Shown in pieces: positions 60,807 to 64,000 of a stretch of 64,000 nucleotides of DNA. The stretch comes from a virus (lineage: Duplodnaviria > Heunggongvirae > Uroviricota > Caudoviricetes). Position 1 is the stretch's first letter. Each line of letters starts with the position of its first letter. The translations under genes were made by a program, and so were the position numbers. The notes beneath the pieces were generated by a model, which saw only the letters and a list, made by a program, of their open reading frames with translations, ran no database searches and was not told the origin of the DNA. The DNA is taken from the IMG/VR virus record IMGVR_UViG_3300047392_000113, positions 55,152-119,151 of that record. One strand, written 5' to 3'.

Positions 60807-61097
60807 ATGGCACTATGGGGAAATACAGATAATGCACAAAGCAAGCCAAAGTTCGTTACACAAGACGCTAACGGAACTATTGGTGGTACTGCTGGTGTAG
60901 CAATCACTTACGGCGTTGACGCTGTAGAAGAAAACGTAGCTTCTAACAAAGCTAAAGGTATGCAACACGCTGGATGGGTTCGTCGTGTAACATATACCGA
61001 TGCACAAGGTAACGTTCGCAACAAGACTGAAACTCTAGTTGCTATGGGTTCCATGACTGGTGACGCTGCTGACGACTCAGTTGTAGCTGACGCTTAA
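60807..61097 (+). CDS. Hypothetical protein (96 aa), likely a late/structural gene.
   Basis: Strong RBS, late promoter-like motif, Gly/Thr/Ala-rich composition similar to structural proteins. Confidence 0.35.
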   Translation: MALWGNTDNAQSKPKFVTQDANGTIGGTAGVAITYGVDAVEENVASNKAKGMQHAGWVRRVTYTDAQGNVRNKTETLVAMGSMTGDAADDSVVADA

Positions 61098-61128
61098 TTT
61101 ATTATACTGGAGGGCTTAGTCCCTCCAC

Positions 61129-61512
61129 TTGATTATGCAAACAAAATTGGATGAGAATAACTTTTTAGTATATGCGATGCACCATTATGACAACCCACAG
61201 TGTCACAGTGTTGCAGAGTTTGAAGATGATCTTAAAAAGATCTTATACCTTAAAAAATTATTGACAAGGTATAAAGTTAATGGTGACCTAAGAGAACGAT
61301 TGATTCTTAATCATATAATCGTTCTTTACAATATTTTTGGAGAAGCTGCGACTAATATACTTTTCCATAAAATCGAAGAATCTAATTGGGATGCTTTAGT
61401 AACATTTTTGGTATATCTACAGAGAATGCCAGAAACGATACCACAATATGGTATAAAACTTTCTGAGATTAAGTTGGACGAAAGAATTATAGCTACCTTA
61501 AGGAACATTTAA
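61129..61512 (+). CDS. Hypothetical protein (127 aa).
   Basis: ORF only. Confidence 0.3.
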   Translation: MIMQTKLDENNFLVYAMHHYDNPQCHSVAEFEDDLKKILYLKKLLTRYKVNGDLRERLILNHIIVLYNIFGEAATNILFHKIEESNWDALVTFLVYLQRMPETIPQYGIKLSEIKLDERIIATLRNI

Positions 61513-62039
61513 TGTCTCGTGTTGTAGATAACGTATTAGCGTTAAAGATAGTTAGAATGATGGTAACGAATTTTACCGACACACCAGCATTCAGACTCGG
61601 TATTATCGACGCTAACGGTAATACTTTAAAACCATCTAACACTCTTAAAAGCAATGAAGAGAAGGATGCGTTCACGTATTTGCACAGACTAGTGTTCAAT
61701 ATGAAAAAGATTATCAACAGATTTCCAGGTGGTGAAAATCACTTGAAGAGTATGGTTGGTGCTCTTTGGTTAGTTAAAGAATACTATGAGAATGGTTCTC
61801 GTACCACATCTCTAATGGAAGCACGCTATAAAGAAGTTATGCGTATGCTTGAGAACAATATTATCTTAGCAGAAGAACAACTTGTTGTTTCTAAAGTTCT
61901 TGCTGAGGATGGTATGGTAGTTGGTGCACCAACAAATAATACTAGTGGTCCAGTTGCTACTCAAGAACCAAAGATTAGCAAAAAGAACATTAAAAAGTAT
62001 CAAGTGATGGCTCGTCGTTCTACTCCAGTAAATAAATAA
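61512..62039 (+). CDS. Hypothetical protein (175 aa).
   Basis: ATGA-coupled ORF. Confidence 0.3.
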   Translation: MSRVVDNVLALKIVRMMVTNFTDTPAFRLGIIDANGNTLKPSNTLKSNEEKDAFTYLHRLVFNMKKIINRFPGGENHLKSMVGALWLVKEYYENGSRTTSLMEARYKEVMRMLENNIILAEEQLVVSKVLAEDGMVVGAPTNNTSGPVATQEPKISKKNIKKYQVMARRSTPVNK

Positions 62040-62040
62040 T

Positions 62041-62469
62041 ATGTGGATACTAGACTGGTTACCTTTTTGGATTTTCCACCTTGTTACTTTGGTGGGATTT
62101 GTTGCGTTGATTGCAGCGCAGTTCTTTAAAGTTATTCCAGTAATCTCTCAATACCGTCTACCGATTCAAGTTGGTGGCGTTCTTGTTTTAGCTTTCGGGC
62201 TTTACATGGAAGGTGGTATTGCTACTCAAGAAAAATGGGAAGCGAGAGTAAAGGAAGTAGAAGCAAAGGTTGCCGAAGCTGAAGCTAAATCTGCTAAAGT
62301 TAATACTAAGATCATCGAAAAAGTTAATACTAAAATCGAGATCGTTAAAGTTCGTGGTGAAGAAATCGTTAAATATGTTGACAGAGAATTGGTTAAATAT
62401 GATGACCAATGTAAGATTCCTAAAGAATTTGTAAAAGCACATAATGACGCAGCGGAGCCATTGAAATGA
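62041..62469 (+). CDS. Inner-membrane spanin component (i-spanin-like). N-terminal TM plus periplasmic coiled coil.
   Basis: Hydrophobic N-terminus followed by an EAKVAEAEAKSAKVNTKIIEKVNTKIEIV coiled coil. Immediately upstream of a lipoprotein gene. Confidence 0.5.
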   Translation: MWILDWLPFWIFHLVTLVGFVALIAAQFFKVIPVISQYRLPIQVGGVLVLAFGLYMEGGIATQEKWEARVKEVEAKVAEAEAKSAKVNTKIIEKVNTKIEIVKVRGEEIVKYVDRELVKYDDQCKIPKEFVKAHNDAAEPLK

Positions 62470-62738
62470 TTAGAACATTATTAACTGTTGTTGTAACATT
62501 AAGCCTTATTGGTTGCTCAACAACAGTGCCAGTTACTGCCAAGTTTCCAGAAGCTCCAGGAAAACAAGCTACAACACAATGCCCAGATCTAAAAAAGTTA
62601 AATGAAGACGCTAAACTAAGCGACGTAGCTAAAATGGTAACTATCAATTACGGCGAATATTATACTTGTGCTGTAAAAGTTGATGCATGGATCGAGTGGT
62701 ACAGCATTCAAAAACAAATATTCGAGAACATCAAATGA
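62466..62738 (+). CDS. Outer-membrane lipoprotein spanin component (o-spanin-like).
   Basis: Lipobox LSLIG-C in the signal peptide MIRTLLTVVVTLSLIGCSTT. 90 aa, with periplasmic Cys residues. ATGA coupling to the i-spanin. Confidence 0.55.
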   Translation: MIRTLLTVVVTLSLIGCSTTVPVTAKFPEAPGKQATTQCPDLKKLNEDAKLSDVAKMVTINYGEYYTCAVKVDAWIEWYSIQKQIFENIK

Positions 62739-63061
62739 TAGACGCAGAAAGAGTTGCTAAATTGGAAGCGCAAGTAGAAGCCATCAAAGATGATGTCTGC
62801 GAGGTTAAAGCAGACATAAAGGAAATACACTCACGCATTACAACAGGTAACCGTGAGATCATGGACAAACTAGACGACAAGATTGACAGTCTTGCAAAAT
62901 CTGACGCTGAACAACACAAGAGTCTAAAAGGCACGATGGAAGAAGTTAAATCCCGTGTTGATGTTCTTGAGAAATGGCGCTGGATGATTGTGGGTGGGGC
63001 TGTCGTATTAGGTTATGTGCTAGGACATTTAGAAATTTTTGCAAAGTTTTTTAATAAATAA
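62735..63061 (+). CDS. Coiled-coil protein with C-terminal TM anchor. Start uncertain: an alternative ATG lies at 62687.
   Basis: Coiled coil then a C-terminal hydrophobic helix WRWMIVGGAVVLGYVLGHL. Confidence 0.35.
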   Translation: MIDAERVAKLEAQVEAIKDDVCEVKADIKEIHSRITTGNREIMDKLDDKIDSLAKSDAEQHKSLKGTMEEVKSRVDVLEKWRWMIVGGAVVLGYVLGHLEIFAKFFNK

Positions 63062-63064
63062 ACT

Positions 63065-63093
63065 TTGCTTTGCAACCGTAGTTGGTGTATAAT
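63065..63093 (+). promoter_or_regulatory. Early promoter TTGCTT-17-TATAAT upstream of the primase gene.
   Basis: -10 TATAAT at 63088-93 preceded by TG (extended -10). Confidence 0.4.
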
Positions 63094-63119
63094 TACATCA
63101 TCTACGGAGATATTTTGGA

Positions 63120-64000
63120 ATGCTATACATTGATGTGAAGTTTGCGCAAATCTTAGGACCACGCCTAAGAAACTTCAAAAAGAAAAAAGATTACAACTGG
63201 AACTTCTCGTGTCCATTTTGTGGCGATAGTACAACCAACAAGCTAAAGGCACGTGGTTATCTCTATCGTGCAAAGGCAGATCTTTTTTACAAATGTCACA
63301 ACTGCGGTAAGGGTACTAACCTAGGAAACCTTATCAAGTGTGTAGACCACAAACTATATGATGAGTATGTTCTTGAACGCTACAAAGCTGGCGCATCAAA
63401 ACATAATGATCACAAAGACATTAGTGACACTAGTGTTATCTTAGAATCACCCAAAGAAGACTTACTTGAGGATGACATCCTTGAGTCGTTGACACGCATG
63501 GATAAATTACCCAGTAATCATCCAGCGTTGCAGGTTCTGCTTGATAGAAAGATCCCACGTGACAAGTGGAATCTGCTATATTTTGCTCCGAAATTTAAAG
63601 CATTCACCAATTCGGTGACGCCAAAATTTCAAGAACCAATCGAGGGTGAACATCCTCGACTAATTATTCCATTCTTCACCAATGCTGGAAAGTGTTTCGC
63701 TTTCCAAGGTAGAGCATTTGGAGATGAACAGCCTAAGTATTATACCATTAAAGTCGATGAGACTGAGGAGAAAATTTATGGACTCGACAGAATTGATTTC
63801 AGCAAACGAATTTATGTGGTTGAGGGTCCAATCGATTCTCTATTCATCCCGAACTGCGTGGCTGTTTCAGGAAGCAGTTTTGACACCCCTACTGTTCGTC
63901 GCATCCTTGCCAACGCTACGTTGGTAATGGATAATGAACCGAGATCTAAAGAAATTACCAAACTTTTAGAGAAGAATATCGACGCTGGTTATTCAGTTTG
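63120..64000 (+). CDS. gp61: DNA primase gp61, 3' partial (open to the window end). Missed by the ORF track because it has no stop inside the window.
   Basis: N-terminal zinc ribbon NFSCPFCGDSTTNKLKARGYLY...YKCHNCGKG (T4 FRCPVCGDSKTDQNKARGWYY...IHCYNCNYH). Later YVVEGPIDSLFIPNCVAVSGS and VMDNEPRSKEITKLLEKNIDAG match T4 gp61 (YVLEGPIDSLFIENGIAITGG; VLDNEPRHPDTIKRMTKLVDAG). Confidence 0.85.
   Translation, partial: MLYIDVKFAQILGPRLRNFKKKKDYNWNFSCPFCGDSTTNKLKARGYLYRAKADLFYKCHNCGKGTNLGNLIKCVDHKLYDEYVLERYKAGASKHNDHKDISDTSVILESPKEDLLEDDILESLTRMDKLPSNHPALQVLLDRKIPRDKWNLLYFAPKFKAFTNSVTPKFQEPIEGEHPRLIIPFFTNAGKCFAFQGRAFGDEQPKYYTIKVDETEEKIYGLDRIDFSKRIYVVEGPIDSLFIPNCVAVSGSSFDTPTVRRILANATLVMDNEPRSKEITKLLEKNIDAGYSV

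Noticed and set aside
232-62934. All minus-strand ORFs in the six-frame track (e.g. 232-426, 949-1197, 6036-6344, 24952-25794, 27859-28365, 34393-34827, 57382-57642, 62188-62442).
   Set aside because: Every one lies entirely inside a well-supported + strand gene with clear homology or strong coding signal. They are antisense shadow ORFs with no RBS context and low-complexity translations.
1-64000. CRISPR arrays, tRNA genes, integrase/transposase, prophage att sites.
   Set aside because: No tandem short repeats with spacers were seen. No GTTCGAnTC T-loop-containing cloverleaf candidates were seen in any intergenic gap; the only large gap (36483-36705) lacks tRNA features. No recombinase-like ORF was seen. 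The window is uninterrupted lytic-phage sequence.

Overview
This window is a contiguous block from a T4-like myovirus (Straboviridae-type gene content and synteny). Every credible gene is on the + strand; the - strand ORFs in the track are shadow ORFs.

From 5' to 3' the window contains:
- (1) A late structural module: tail fibre with S74 intramolecular-chaperone C-terminus, neck gp13/gp14, gp15, large terminase gp17, sheath gp18, tube gp19, portal gp20, gp67/gp68-like, prohead protease gp21, scaffold gp22, major capsid gp23, and a gp19-family paralog. Several of these genes are preceded by NATAAATA late-promoter motifs.
- (2) A recombination and transcription block: UvsY, UvsW, sigma gp55, an unusual classic-clade AAA+ ATPase, gp47 (Mre11) and gp46 (Rad50).
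- (3) An accessory island of early genes separated by repeated terminator-hairpin plus consensus sigma70 promoter cassettes (PeSL-like):
  - a secreted Gly/His-rich peptide;
  - an NAD+ salvage pair (NMNAT-Nudix NatV plus NAMPT NadV);
  - a CobT-like VWA protein and a CobS-like MoxR ATPase;
  - an H1-like AK-repeat protein, a DUF550-like NTP pyrophosphohydrolase, and an SPFH/prohibitin-like protein.
- (4) A replication block: clamp gp45, degenerate HNH-like protein, clamp loader gp44/gp62, RegA, a 220-nt GC-rich structured non-coding region, Hsp20, split rubrerythrin plus rubredoxin, DNA ligase, DexA-like exonuclease, DNA polymerase gp43, thioredoxin, UvsX, helicase gp41.
- (5) An enzyme island: two 2OG-Fe(II) oxygenases, a class II glutamine amidotransferase, a GNAT-like protein, a P-loop kinase, an HExxH protein and a PD-ExK-like protein. 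This could be a DNA-modification or RNA-repair module.
- (6) Five consecutive late genes whose N-termini copy the phage T4 capsid-targeting sequence (MKTYQEFIAE-like). Two are HIGH-motif nucleotidyltransferase paralogs, one is a His-rich KxDG protein and two are Lys-rich proteins; a Dps-like ferritin gene without the motif sits among them. This is the strongest candidate for a novel packaged and ejected protein system.
- (7) A spanin pair and the 5' part of primase gp61.

No tRNA, CRISPR array, integrase or transposase was recognised. No small terminase gene lies between gp15 and gp17. Coordinates of starts that I adjusted away from the ORF track, and of motif features, may be off by a few nt.
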